A stretch of 24,000 nt of DNA from Candidatus Woesearchaeota archaeon (GTDB lineage Archaea; Nanobdellota; Nanobdellia; Pacearchaeales; GW2011-AR1): contig CAZTFL010000001.1 in NCBI GenBank assembly GCA_964612895.1, forward strand, positions 588,708-612,707, in the 5' to 3' direction. Numbering within the stretch: the first letter of the stretch is position 1; the number at the start of each line of letters is the position of its first letter. The notes below the pieces were generated by a model that saw only the letters and a program-made list of their open reading frames with translations, did no database searches and was not told the origin of the DNA. Both the position numbers and the translations under genes were made by a program. Positions 1 through 9,316 of the stretch are shown one piece after another.

Positions 1-1118
1 CTGTTAAATTGCCTAAAGATGTTGTTTTTGGAGTAGGAAATCCATTATTAAGCAATAAAGAATGGTTGAATGTTAAATGCCCTATTTGTGGAGAAAATGC
101 AAAAAGAATAACAGATACGATGGATACTTTTGTAAATTCATCTTGGTATTTCTTAAGATTTTGTGATCCGAATAATAAGGAAAAAATATTTGATAAAGAG
201 AAAGTAAAATATTGGATGCCAGTAGATTTGTATATTGGTGGAGCGGAGCATGCTTGTATGCATTTACTTTTTCATAGATTTTTTACAATGTTTTTACATG
301 ATATTGGAGTTATTGATTTTGAAGAACCAACTCCTAGATTATTCCATCAAGGTATGATTAATGATAATAAGGGAGAAAAAATGTCTAAATCTAAGGGAAA
401 TGTAGTTGAACCATTAGAAACTATTGCAAAATACGGAGCGGATACTACTAGGTTTTTTATGGTTTCAGAAGCTTCGCCGGATAAAGGATTTAATTGGTCT
501 GACAAATCAATACAAGGAAGTTTAAGATTTACAAAAAAGATAATGAATATTTTTAATGATATTAAGATAGGAGATGATTCTGGCGAAATGTCCTCTTATT
601 TGAATAAATCAATAAAAGATATTAGTGAAGAGATAGAATCAATCGATTTACGTAAGGCAACAATTAATTTAAGAAATTTATATGAAAAAATCGTTGAACA
701 AAAAGAAGTTAGTAAGAAGACTTTAGATATATTTTTTAGATTGATTGCCCCATTTTGTCCTCACATAGCTGAAGAATTATGGGAAAATTTAGGACATAAA
801 GAAGTAGTTTCAATAAGTAAGTGGCCGGAAATTGAAAACTTAAAAATTATTGAAAAGAAAAAAAATATGGATATTAATTTAAGAATAATAGAAGGAATAA
901 AAGGTTTTTCCAATAAATTTGAAAGCGAAAATAAAAAAATTTATGTTTATGTTATGCCATTTGAAATTAAAGAAGTGAATAAAAAATCCATAGAATCTGA
1001 AAGTGGTTTTTCTGTTGAAATATATTCAGTAAACGATTCTAATAAATATGATCCAGAAAATAGAGCTAAAAAAGCAAAACCAGGGATGCCTTCATTCTAT
1101 TGGATATCTGGTATCTAA
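1..1118 (+). CDS. leuS: Leucyl-tRNA synthetase, bacterial-type catalytic core (C-terminal part; 5' end outside window)
   Basis: TDTMDTFVNSSWYFLRF, MPVDLYIGGAEHACMHLLFHRFF, KMSKSKGNVVEP and FCPHIAEELWENLG are bacterial LeuRS hallmarks. The frame continues upstream of the apparent TTG 'start' at 9, so the gene is truncated by the window edge. Confidence 0.93.
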   Translation, partial: VKLPKDVVFGVGNPLLSNKEWLNVKCPICGENAKRITDTMDTFVNSSWYFLRFCDPNNKEKIFDKEKVKYWMPVDLYIGGAEHACMHLLFHRFFTMFLHDIGVIDFEEPTPRLFHQGMINDNKGEKMSKSKGNVVEPLETIAKYGADTTRFFMVSEASPDKGFNWSDKSIQGSLRFTKKIMNIFNDIKIGDDSGEMSSYLNKSIKDISEEIESIDLRKATINLRNLYEKIVEQKEVSKKTLDIFFRLIAPFCPHIAEELWENLGHKEVVSISKWPEIENLKIIEKKKNMDINLRIIEGIKGFSNKFESENKKIYVYVMPFEIKEVNKKSIESESGFSVEIYSVNDSNKYDPENRAKKAKPGMPSFYWISGI

Positions 1119-1179
1119 CTTCTTGTTATCTGATTTGTTTTGCGTTATGTTTTTAAACTAATATTGATAGATTTTTGTT

Positions 1180-3900
1180 ATGAGTAAGAGTGACTTTAAG
1201 GGGAATTTTGATAAATTCAAGAAGATTTTTTTAAATGAAAAGGTTCAGTGGGGAATTGTTATTACTCTTTTATTTGTTGTTTTGTTCTTAAGTAGTTCTA
1301 TTAGATTAAGTAACTTGAATTTATTAAAGGATGAGACTACTGGAAATTATATTCCGATGGCTTTAGATCCATTTTATTTTCTTCGTCTTGCTGAAACTAT
1401 TTTAGAAAATGGAAGTTTGCCAGAATTTGATGAGTATAGAGCGTGGTTTGGTTATTCTGAACAACAGTGGGTTTTAGAATTACTTCCTTATTCAGTTGTG
1501 GGAATGTATAAATTTGTTAATTTATTTTCTAGTAATATAACTCTTAATTTTATAGATGTAATTTCTCCAGTAGTTTTTTTTATTTTAGGAGGTTTAATTT
1601 TCTTTTTTCTTAATTATGCTCTTACAAAGAATAAATGGCTATCTATTCTTTCTACTACATTTTTATCGTTTACTAGTGCTTATTTGTATAGGACAATGAC
1701 TGGTTTTGCAGATCATGAGGCAATTGGAATGGTTGGTTTGTTTTTGTCTTACCTTTCTTTTGTCTATATTATGAAGGTTTTAGATAACGATAAAATTAAA
1801 TTGTCAAAGATAATAATCGGTTCACTTCTTGTTGGATTGGCGAGTTTTATTTCGTTTTTTGCTTGGGGAGGAGGATTTAGATTTTTATTAGTGATATTTC
1901 CTCTTACTACATTTTTATATTGGATTTTTAACGTAAGAGAAAAAGAACATTTTGGAAGGAATACTTTAATTGTATATTATTCATGGATGGCTATTACATT
2001 ATTATTTACTGGAATTTTTAATTTGGGAATGAAAAGAGTTTTTGATACGTATTTTATGGCTACTTCAGGAATTGTTTCTTTGTTCGTTGCTGTTTTCATT
2101 TTTATTGATTTTATTGTTGTTAAAAAAATAGATTTGTTTAAATTTATTAAGAAGAAGTATAGGATATTATATAGTTTATTTTTTACATTTATTGCTGGCT
2201 TTTTAGGTTTATTTGCTATAGGTAAAAATCCGGTAAAGTTAATTTTTGCTATTTTGAATTATTTACTTAAACCATTTGGTAGTGATAGAGTAGGTTTAAC
2301 CGTAGCTGAGAATGCTCAACCTTATTTAGTTGATTGGATAAATAATACGGGTGCGATTATTTTTTGGTTATTTGTTTTTGGAATGTTGTTTTTTGGTATA
2401 AAATTAATGAGAAGTTTAAAAGAAATTAAACATAAATCTATATTTTTATTTTTATATATTTTCATGATTTGTGGTATATTATTTTCTAGAATTTCATCAA
2501 CTAGTGTTTTTAATGGAGATGGTTTTTTGAGTAAAATATTTTATTTCTTACCCCTGATATGTTTCTGGGTATATTTATTCCACTTAAGATTTGAAGAAAA
2601 ATTTGTTTGGTCTGGAATGGATTCTTTTATTTTTGCTTGGATGTTTTTTACTTTAATCTCAGGAAGAGCTGCTGCTAGAATGTTTTTCGCAATCACACCT
2701 TTAGTTTGTTTTATGGCTGCCTATTGTATAATTAGATTAGTTGAAGAGTTTAAGAGATCTAAAGACGATATGTTGAAGATACTTTTAGGAATATTAATTG
2801 TTTTTAGTTTAGTAATTTCTGTCGTTGGAGTTGCTCAATCTTATACTTCTATTAATTATGCTGCTAAGTATACTGGTTTGTCTGCTGATTCTCAATGGCA
2901 AAATACAATGGCTTGGGTTAGAGAGAATACAACAAGTTTTGATATTTTTGGTCATTGGTGGGATTATGGTTATTGGGTTCAAACATTAGGAGAAAGAACA
3001 ACTATTGCGGATGGTGGTTATCATCCAAACTATCTCGTTCATTTTATTGGGAGATATGTATTAACTACTCCAAATCCAGAAACAGCTTTTAGTTATTTGA
3101 AGACAACGAATGTTAGTTATCTCTTAATTGATCAAACAGATTTAGGAAAATATTCTGCGTACTCAAAAATAGGTAGTGATGAGAATTGGGACAGGTTTAG
3201 TGTTATTCCTGTTGGAAAATACGATGCAACTCAAACTCAAGAGAGTGCGAATGAAACTGTTATGATTTATTATATGCAAGGAGTTGTTGATGAAGATTTT
3301 AGTTATGATAGTAATTTTGATGGTAAAAAAGATATTCTTTTGCCTGGACCAACTTATGATGATATAGGAAATCCTAGTTATAATTCATATTTAGGAGCTG
3401 TTATTTTTAGAATAGGTAAAGATAATTTATTACAGCCTAATGGAATTTACATACTTAACGGAAAACAATACAGAATTCCTATTAGATATGTTTATTTGAA
3501 TAATGAATTATATGATTTTAAGAGTGGTATTGATGCTGTTATTTCTATTGTTCCTAGCGTAGAAACGAATAAAGTTGATCCATTAGGTGGAATGATTTAT
3601 CTTAGTCCTAAGGTTAAAGATTCTTTGTTCGCCCAATTGTATTTATTAGATGATGTTTTTGGTAATTATGAAAACTTTGAATTAGTTCATGAAGAATTAG
3701 ATAGTTTAGTTAGTCAGGTTAGAGCTTTTACTGAGGATTTTAATTACACCGAATTTTTAATATATAATGGTGGTTTAAGAGGTCCAATAAAAATATGGGA
3801 CGTTAGAAATATTTCAGAAGAAGTTGAAACATATGACGAGTTTCATTATGATTTTGTTGGAAAAGAAGAGTATGGATATTTAGATAGTTTGTTTGAATAA
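1180..3900 (+). CDS. aglB: Dolichyl-phosphooligosaccharide--protein glycotransferase (STT3/AglB family)
   Basis: 906 aa, multiple TM helices at the N-terminus, DPFYFLR and TGFADHEAIG luminal motifs, and the catalytic WWDYGYW motif (GHWWDYGYWVQTLGERTTIADGG). Confidence 0.93.
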   Translation: MSKSDFKGNFDKFKKIFLNEKVQWGIVITLLFVVLFLSSSIRLSNLNLLKDETTGNYIPMALDPFYFLRLAETILENGSLPEFDEYRAWFGYSEQQWVLELLPYSVVGMYKFVNLFSSNITLNFIDVISPVVFFILGGLIFFFLNYALTKNKWLSILSTTFLSFTSAYLYRTMTGFADHEAIGMVGLFLSYLSFVYIMKVLDNDKIKLSKIIIGSLLVGLASFISFFAWGGGFRFLLVIFPLTTFLYWIFNVREKEHFGRNTLIVYYSWMAITLLFTGIFNLGMKRVFDTYFMATSGIVSLFVAVFIFIDFIVVKKIDLFKFIKKKYRILYSLFFTFIAGFLGLFAIGKNPVKLIFAILNYLLKPFGSDRVGLTVAENAQPYLVDWINNTGAIIFWLFVFGMLFFGIKLMRSLKEIKHKSIFLFLYIFMICGILFSRISSTSVFNGDGFLSKIFYFLPLICFWVYLFHLRFEEKFVWSGMDSFIFAWMFFTLISGRAAARMFFAITPLVCFMAAYCIIRLVEEFKRSKDDMLKILLGILIVFSLVISVVGVAQSYTSINYAAKYTGLSADSQWQNTMAWVRENTTSFDIFGHWWDYGYWVQTLGERTTIADGGYHPNYLVHFIGRYVLTTPNPETAFSYLKTTNVSYLLIDQTDLGKYSAYSKIGSDENWDRFSVIPVGKYDATQTQESANETVMIYYMQGVVDEDFSYDSNFDGKKDILLPGPTYDDIGNPSYNSYLGAVIFRIGKDNLLQPNGIYILNGKQYRIPIRYVYLNNELYDFKSGIDAVISIVPSVETNKVDPLGGMIYLSPKVKDSLFAQLYLLDDVFGNYENFELVHEELDSLVSQVRAFTEDFNYTEFLIYNGGLRGPIKIWDVRNISEEVETYDEFHYDFVGKEEYGYLDSLFE

Positions 3901-3901
3901 A

Positions 3902-4921
3902 TTAACTAGTTCTTTTTCCCCATTTTCCGAAGAGAATTCTTATAATATCTCTAAATTTGAGTGCAAAAGAGAATATGCCCAACTTTATACAGAGACTTCC
4001 GATTATTACAGAATCAAATGGTTTTGTAGCTAGGATAGTTATTAGTTTAAATGAGGAGTCTTTTTTGATTATTCTTTTATAATATTCTTTGTTAAAATTT
4101 TCTTTTGAGTTTATTAAAACTCCATAAGTTGCTAAATAGTTATATAATTTAAAGTAAATAAATTCATTCCTGTGTTTTTTTAAAATATTATTTTTTTCTA
4201 AAAATTGTTTTAGTAATTTTATGCTTTCAAAATAATTATCTATTCTTCTTTGAGAATTTTTATAGGAAGTTAGTGAACCTTCGTGTAAAAAGTAATTGTA
4301 GAGATATTTATTTTCTACACAAATTTTATTAGCGTAATAAATTGTTTTATATGCGAAGTCCATATCTTCTGCTACGTATAAATTAGGGAACAAGATATTG
4401 TTTTTTTCTAATAGTTCTCGTTTTATCATTCTTGACCATGGAGCCCAGGCTATTTTTCTTTGAATAGTTTTTTTGAATATAATTTTTTTATTTTCTTGTT
4501 CTTTATTTTTTAAGAGTCTTTTATCTAATATTGTTTTATTTTCAAATACAAGTTTAGGTTTAATTAAAACTACATCGGCGTTTTTTTGTTCTGCTTTTTT
4601 GTATAACAAATCACAAGCATCTTTTTCTAACCAGTCATCTGAATCTACGAAACAGATATATTTTCCTCTTGCTATTTTTATTCCTTTATTCCTACTTTCT
4701 CCAGGTCCACAATTGTCCTTATTGTTTATAATTTTTAATCGTTTATCTTTTTTTTGAAGTTCTTTTAATTTTTTCAAAGAATTATCTGTCGATTTGTCGT
4801 TTATACAGATTAATTCTATCTCTTTTAGAGTTTGATTGAGAACGGACATTATTGGTTTATCCATTAATTTTTCAGAATTGTAGATAGGCATAATGATACT
4901 TATCTTTGGTAAATTTACCAT
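3902..4921 (-). CDS. Family 2 glycosyltransferase
   Basis: N-terminal KISIIMPIYNSEKLMDKPIMSVLNQTLKEIELICINDKSTDNS with NDKSTD, and FVDSDDW (DxD): a typical GT-A fold GT2. Confidence 0.9.
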   Translation of the reverse strand: MVNLPKISIIMPIYNSEKLMDKPIMSVLNQTLKEIELICINDKSTDNSLKKLKELQKKDKRLKIINNKDNCGPGESRNKGIKIARGKYICFVDSDDWLEKDACDLLYKKAEQKNADVVLIKPKLVFENKTILDKRLLKNKEQENKKIIFKKTIQRKIAWAPWSRMIKRELLEKNNILFPNLYVAEDMDFAYKTIYYANKICVENKYLYNYFLHEGSLTSYKNSQRRIDNYFESIKLLKQFLEKNNILKKHRNEFIYFKLYNYLATYGVLINSKENFNKEYYKRIIKKDSSFKLITILATKPFDSVIIGSLCIKLGIFSFALKFRDIIRILFGKWGKRTS

Positions 4922-4933
4922 AATGGGATTAGA

Positions 4934-4941
4934 TTTATATA
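4934..4941 (+). promoter_or_regulatory. TATA-like box (TTTATATA) of a leaderless promoter for the downstream GT2 gene
   Basis: gatttatatagtttatatttg lies between divergent start codons. The box ends about 23 nt upstream of ATG 4964, consistent with archaeal leaderless transcription. Confidence 0.4.
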
Positions 4942-4963
4942 GTTTATATTTGTTTTGGTGATT

Positions 4964-5755
4964 ATGAATCCATTGATATCAGTAATAACTATATGCTATA
5001 ATGAAAATGATGGAATAAAGAGAACTTGTGACAGTGTTATAAACCAAACATATAAAAATTTTGAATGGATAGTTATTGATGGTGGTTCTACGGATGGAAC
5101 TTTAGATATATTAGAGAAATATAAAGATAATATGAAATATTTTATTTCTGAAAAAGACAATGGAATATATAATGCAATGAATAAAGGAATAAAAAAATCA
5201 AAAGGAAATTACTTATTGTTTTTGAATGGAGGAGATTTTTTAAAAGATAATAATATTCTTTATAATGTAAGTAATTTTATTTTAGATGATAAAAAAGAAT
5301 CTAATATATATTATGGGGATGTAGAATATAATAATGGAGAAATTGTTACGTTTAAAAAAACAAAATTAAATAAGAATTTTTTTATTAATAAAACAATCTC
5401 TCATCAAGCTTCATTTATAAAATCAAATTTATTTGATAAATATGGTTATTATAATGAAAATTATAAAATTGTTAGCGATTTTGATTTTTGGATAAAGACG
5501 ATAGTTCTTAATAATGTAAAAACTAAGTACATTCCAATTATTGTATCTGTATTTGACTTACATGGCGTTAGTACAAAATATTCTTATATGAAAAAACATA
5601 TAGAGGAAAGAAATAATGTCTTGTTAATAAATAACATTATTAATAGAAAAGAAGCAATTTTTTTAAAATTTAAATGGACATTATTATTGATATTAAAAAA
5701 AATTGGTGTTTATTTTATATTAAAAAAAATTTATAGAAAATTTATTCATAGATAA
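4964..5755 (+). CDS. Family 2 glycosyltransferase (WcaA-like)
   Basis: PLISVITICYNENDGIKRTCDSVINQTYKNFEWIVIDGGSTDGT and EKDNGIYNAMNKGI. The ORF track starts at TTG 4955, but ATG at 4964 better fits the family N-terminus. Confidence 0.9.
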   Translation: MNPLISVITICYNENDGIKRTCDSVINQTYKNFEWIVIDGGSTDGTLDILEKYKDNMKYFISEKDNGIYNAMNKGIKKSKGNYLLFLNGGDFLKDNNILYNVSNFILDDKKESNIYYGDVEYNNGEIVTFKKTKLNKNFFINKTISHQASFIKSNLFDKYGYYNENYKIVSDFDFWIKTIVLNNVKTKYIPIIVSVFDLHGVSTKYSYMKKHIEERNNVLLINNIINRKEAIFLKFKWTLLLILKKIGVYFILKKIYRKFIHR

Positions 5756-5793
5756 ATAGTAAAGATTAATAAATAGTACAACTTCATAATTAT

Positions 5794-6531
5794 ATGATAA
5801 AAAAAATAAAACGTATATTAAAACAGGGAGGTAAGAAATTGTTATATGAAAAAATAGTAAACAAATTTAGAAATATTTTAGGATTAAATGAAATTTCAAA
5901 AAAACAAATAAAAAAATTAATAGGTAGTAATCCCCAAACGATTTTAGAAATTGGTGCTGCAGATGGAAAAGATTCTATGGAATTTTTAAAATGTTTTAAA
6001 TCAAGTAAAATATTCTTGTTCGAGCCAGATCCTAGAAATGTTAATATATTAATAAAGAAATTTTCAAATAATAAAAATATCTTTATCGAAAAATTTGCTA
6101 TTTCAGACAAAAATGGAGAAACTACTTTTTATCAATCAATGAAAGAGGATGTTTTATGGGCATATTCATCTTCTATTAAAAAGCCTAAAAATCATTTTAA
6201 TCAATTTCCAGATATAAAATTTAATAAATCAATAAAAGTTAAGACAAAAACACTTGATGATTGGTCAAAAGAGAATAAAATTGATTGTATAGATTTTATT
6301 TGGGCAGATGTTCAAGGTGCAGAGAAGGAAATGATTATAGGTGGTATGGAAACATTAAATAATAAAACTAAATATTTTTATACGGAATACTCAAATAATA
6401 ATTTATATGAAAATGAAATCTCTTTAAATGAAATAAAAGAACTTTTAACAAATTTTGAAATTGTAAAAATCTTTGGTACTAAAAATAGTATATACGGGAA
6501 TGTTCTTTTTAAAAATAAAAAAATAAAATGA
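5794..6531 (+). CDS. FkbM-family SAM-dependent methyltransferase
   Basis: TILEIGAADGKDSMEF, LFEPDPRN, FAISDKNGETTFY and DFIWADVQGAEKEMIIGG (the typical 'DVEG..E..vL.G' C-terminal motif). Confidence 0.8.
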   Translation: MIKKIKRILKQGGKKLLYEKIVNKFRNILGLNEISKKQIKKLIGSNPQTILEIGAADGKDSMEFLKCFKSSKIFLFEPDPRNVNILIKKFSNNKNIFIEKFAISDKNGETTFYQSMKEDVLWAYSSSIKKPKNHFNQFPDIKFNKSIKVKTKTLDDWSKENKIDCIDFIWADVQGAEKEMIIGGMETLNNKTKYFYTEYSNNNLYENEISLNEIKELLTNFEIVKIFGTKNSIYGNVLFKNKKIK

Positions 6532-7502
6532 AAATAAATTTCTATAATCCTTATGATAATTCCGGATTTAATAATTGTTTTGTTTCGAAATATATACCAA
6601 ATATCGAAAAAGATAAAAAAAATGGAGATGTAATTGTAGAATATATTCATAAAGGGTTTTCTGAAAATTTTTTTAATTCACCAAAAAAACTTCTTTTATC
6701 AGGAGAAAATCTTTATTATAAATTAAATTTATTTAAATTAATAGAATATATTTCTAAAAAGATAAAAGTTGATTTGAAGTTTTTGAATAAAATATTACCA
6801 AAAAAATTGTTGGATTTAAAGCTGGGATATATGCGCCCGAAATATCTAAATTACATAAAAAAGATATCTAAAAATGATAATAAAAAAGATTATGCAATAA
6901 TTTGTAATGATATAAAAGGTAAGAATATATTAAATCTTCCGTATTTTTTTCATGTAAATTATATTATGAATAAAATATTTCAAAATAAAAAAAAGATTAA
7001 AATACCTAAAAAATTTTGTTGCATATTAATTTCAAATGAATCTGCTTTTGATAGAATCAATTTTGTAAAGAAATTATCAAGGTATAAAAAAGTTGATATA
7101 TATGGAAAGACTTCTTTAACAAATTCGGATAATTCAAAATTACCAGATGGGTTCCATAATAATTCAACTTTTTATTCGCAATATAAATTTGTAATTTGTT
7201 TCGAAAATTCGTTTTCTAATGAATATATTACAGAAAAGCTTCCAAATGTAATGATAGGTAAATCTATTCCAATTTATCGTGGTGCTCCAAATGTAGGAGA
7301 ATATTTTAATACAAAATCTTTTATTAATTATGATGATTATGGTTCATATGAAAAGATGATTGAAAAGATAATTGAACTAGATAAGGATAACGATAAATAT
7401 CTAGAATTTGCAAACATTCCATTTTTAACAAAGAAAAATAAAAATAAGATAAGAGATAAAGAATCCGAATTGAAACGATTTTTAAAAAAAATATTTAATT
7501 AA
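6528..7502 (+). CDS. GT10 alpha-1,3-fucosyltransferase-like glycosyltransferase
   Basis: C-terminal KFVICFENSFSNEYITEKLPNVMIGKSIPIYRGAPNVGEYFNTKSFINYDDY matches the GT10 nucleotide-sugar binding signature (FENS..xxYvTEKl.na...g.vPv..G). The start overlaps the upstream stop by 4 nt. Confidence 0.82.
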   Translation: MKINFYNPYDNSGFNNCFVSKYIPNIEKDKKNGDVIVEYIHKGFSENFFNSPKKLLLSGENLYYKLNLFKLIEYISKKIKVDLKFLNKILPKKLLDLKLGYMRPKYLNYIKKISKNDNKKDYAIICNDIKGKNILNLPYFFHVNYIMNKIFQNKKKIKIPKKFCCILISNESAFDRINFVKKLSRYKKVDIYGKTSLTNSDNSKLPDGFHNNSTFYSQYKFVICFENSFSNEYITEKLPNVMIGKSIPIYRGAPNVGEYFNTKSFINYDDYGSYEKMIEKIIELDKDNDKYLEFANIPFLTKKNKNKIRDKESELKRFLKKIFN

Positions 7503-7571
7503 ATATTAAAAAAGCTCTTTATAATAATTATTGAATTAATAAAATTATTGAATTAGTTAGAAATTAATAAT

Positions 7572-8078
7572 TTATTTTTTTACTTTAAGTATTACCCGTA
7601 GTTCCTTTGCTGGGAAAATCCAACAGAATATTTCTTGATAAATTCTCGGAAATAAATTAAAGAACGAAAAGAAAAAAAATTGTTTTCTCCATATTAATTT
7701 TTTATTTTCTGTTTTAAAGTTTCCAGTAGATTGCCAGTGACTTTGATGATTAGCATCTAAAGAATCAAAACTAGTATATGTAAAGTGGTGATAGTGATCG
7801 AGTGCGGAGAATGAACTTTCATGTGAAAAAAATGGAACTCTTATAAAAATAAGAGCATTATTTTTAGATACTCTATAAATTTCTTTAAATAAATTAAGTG
7901 GCTCATGAAAGTGTTCTAATACATGATTAAGTATTATTTCATCGACAGAGTTTGTTTTAAATGGAAGAGGTTTATTTAAATCTACAATTTTATCTGCTCC
8001 AATATCTTTTGACCAATCACAATTTAGATAGTCTTTTCTAATATCTCTTCCACAACCAAGATTTAATTTTAGTGTCAT
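7572..8078 (-). CDS. Class I SAM-dependent methyltransferase (Methyltransf_11-like)
   Basis: KLNLGCGRDIRKDYLNCD, IVDLNKPLPFKTNSVDEIILNHVLEHF: SAM motifs I to IV of small polysaccharide-cluster methyltransferases. Confidence 0.78.
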   Translation of the reverse strand: MTLKLNLGCGRDIRKDYLNCDWSKDIGADKIVDLNKPLPFKTNSVDEIILNHVLEHFHEPLNLFKEIYRVSKNNALIFIRVPFFSHESSFSALDHYHHFTYTSFDSLDANHQSHWQSTGNFKTENKKLIWRKQFFFFSFFNLFPRIYQEIFCWIFPAKELRVILKVKK

Positions 8079-8167
8079 TGTTGTTAAAATAGTTTAATTC
8101 TATAGAGTTGTGTCGTTTTGAGTATTTAAATAATTGGTATTTTTTGCTTAAGAATAATATTGCTTAT

Positions 8168-9316
8168 TCATTTTCTTCTGATTTTTATTTTAATTGCATT
8201 TTCTATAGGTGTTTGAGATAATAATACTAAATATCCTCCTCCTCCAGCTCCTGTTAATTTCCATCCAGATACACCAGAATTTCTATAATATTCAATTTTT
8301 TCTTTTATCCAATCGGGGCATGTTGCTGGGAACATATTAATTTGTGCATCAAAACTATCTGTAAAAGATTTTGCGAATCTATTAAAATCTTTTTGTATTA
8401 TTGCATTAAAGCATTCGTTAGCTGCATCAGATAATTTTTTTACATTTTCAGTTGTGATATTTTCGCCTTTAAAAACGTAATAATCATCTCTTCTTTTTTC
8501 TAATTCAATTAAATAAATATTTTTCTCTAACCAATCTAAAATATCTTCATCTAATATATTTTCTATTTTTGTTGGCCAGTATTTTCCATCAAATAACGAG
8601 TATGTTAATCCAGGGAAAATTATTCCAATATGATCTTGAGCTCCAGCGATTTCTCTTTCTGGAGTTCCTGGCGGGTTCTCAAAACTAAAAAGTATTTTCG
8701 CTAAATGTTCTGGATCTTCTTTGGGTAAAAAATCTCCCCATAATTTTATTGCTTTGTTTCTTGTAGAAGAAGCCATTCCACTTCTAAAATTAAAAAATTG
8801 CTCTGGTTCTATTGATATATCCAAAACAGGTCCAGAATAATATTTTGATACATATGGTTGGTCTAACCATGCTCCAGCAATATCAAGTCTATAAGGAATT
8901 TTAGATTTTTTATATCTTAATTCGGTGGAACTTCTTTCAGGTAAATTTTCATGAGGTTTTCTTTCTAATACAATATATTCAATTCCCATTTTTTCACATA
9001 ATTCCTTTTTTTCTTTAGCATCACCATCTTTGTTGACTATAAATATATCAGGTTTTACTTTCTCTAATTCATTTACAAAATCCAATATTCCAACTCCAGA
9101 ACCAATATATGCTTCTTTAACACTTTTAATATTATTAATAATAAATAATCTTTCTTTTTCATTATATGTAGGAGTTAATTCTTTTAATCGTTTTATCGTA
9201 ACATCAGATGCTACGGAAACGTATAAATCTCCAAATTCAGCAGCCTGTTTTAAAAATTCAATATGTCCAGCATGTAAGCAATCAAAACAACCACTAACAA
9301 ATACTTTTTTATTCAT
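8168..9316 (-). CDS. Bifunctional nucleotidyltransferase (cytidylyltransferase-like, RfaE2/TagD type) fused to a GHMP-family sugar kinase
   Basis: N-terminus KVFVSGCFDCLHAGHIEFLKQAAEFGDLYVSVASD (HxGH nucleotidyltransferase). From ~aa 137, PYRLDIAGAWLDQPYV (GHMP motif 1-like), RSGMASSTRNKA (degenerate motif 2) and GWKLTGAGGGGYLVLL (GHMP motif 3). Confidence 0.82.
   Translation of the reverse strand: MNKKVFVSGCFDCLHAGHIEFLKQAAEFGDLYVSVASDVTIKRLKELTPTYNEKERLFIINNIKSVKEAYIGSGVGILDFVNELEKVKPDIFIVNKDGDAKEKKELCEKMGIEYIVLERKPHENLPERSSTELRYKKSKIPYRLDIAGAWLDQPYVSKYYSGPVLDISIEPEQFFNFRSGMASSTRNKAIKLWGDFLPKEDPEHLAKILFSFENPPGTPEREIAGAQDHIGIIFPGLTYSLFDGKYWPTKIENILDEDILDWLEKNIYLIELEKRRDDYYVFKGENITTENVKKLSDAANECFNAIIQKDFNRFAKSFTDSFDAQINMFPATCPDWIKEKIEYYRNSGVSGWKLTGAGGGGYLVLLSQTPIENAIKIKIRRK

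Noticed and set aside
4473-4757. 94-aa plus-strand ORF inside the minus-strand GT2 gene
   Set aside because: Antisense shadow ORF. The opposite strand has clear GT2 motifs across the same interval and the peptide has no recognisable domain.
5790-6110. 106-aa minus-strand ORF opposite the FkbM methyltransferase
   Set aside because: Phe/Leu-rich antisense artefact of A-rich coding sequence.
6378-6650. 90-aa minus-strand ORF spanning the methyltransferase/GT10 junction
   Set aside because: Phe/Ile-rich antisense artefact. It looks like a membrane protein only because it is the complement of poly-Lys/Asn coding DNA.
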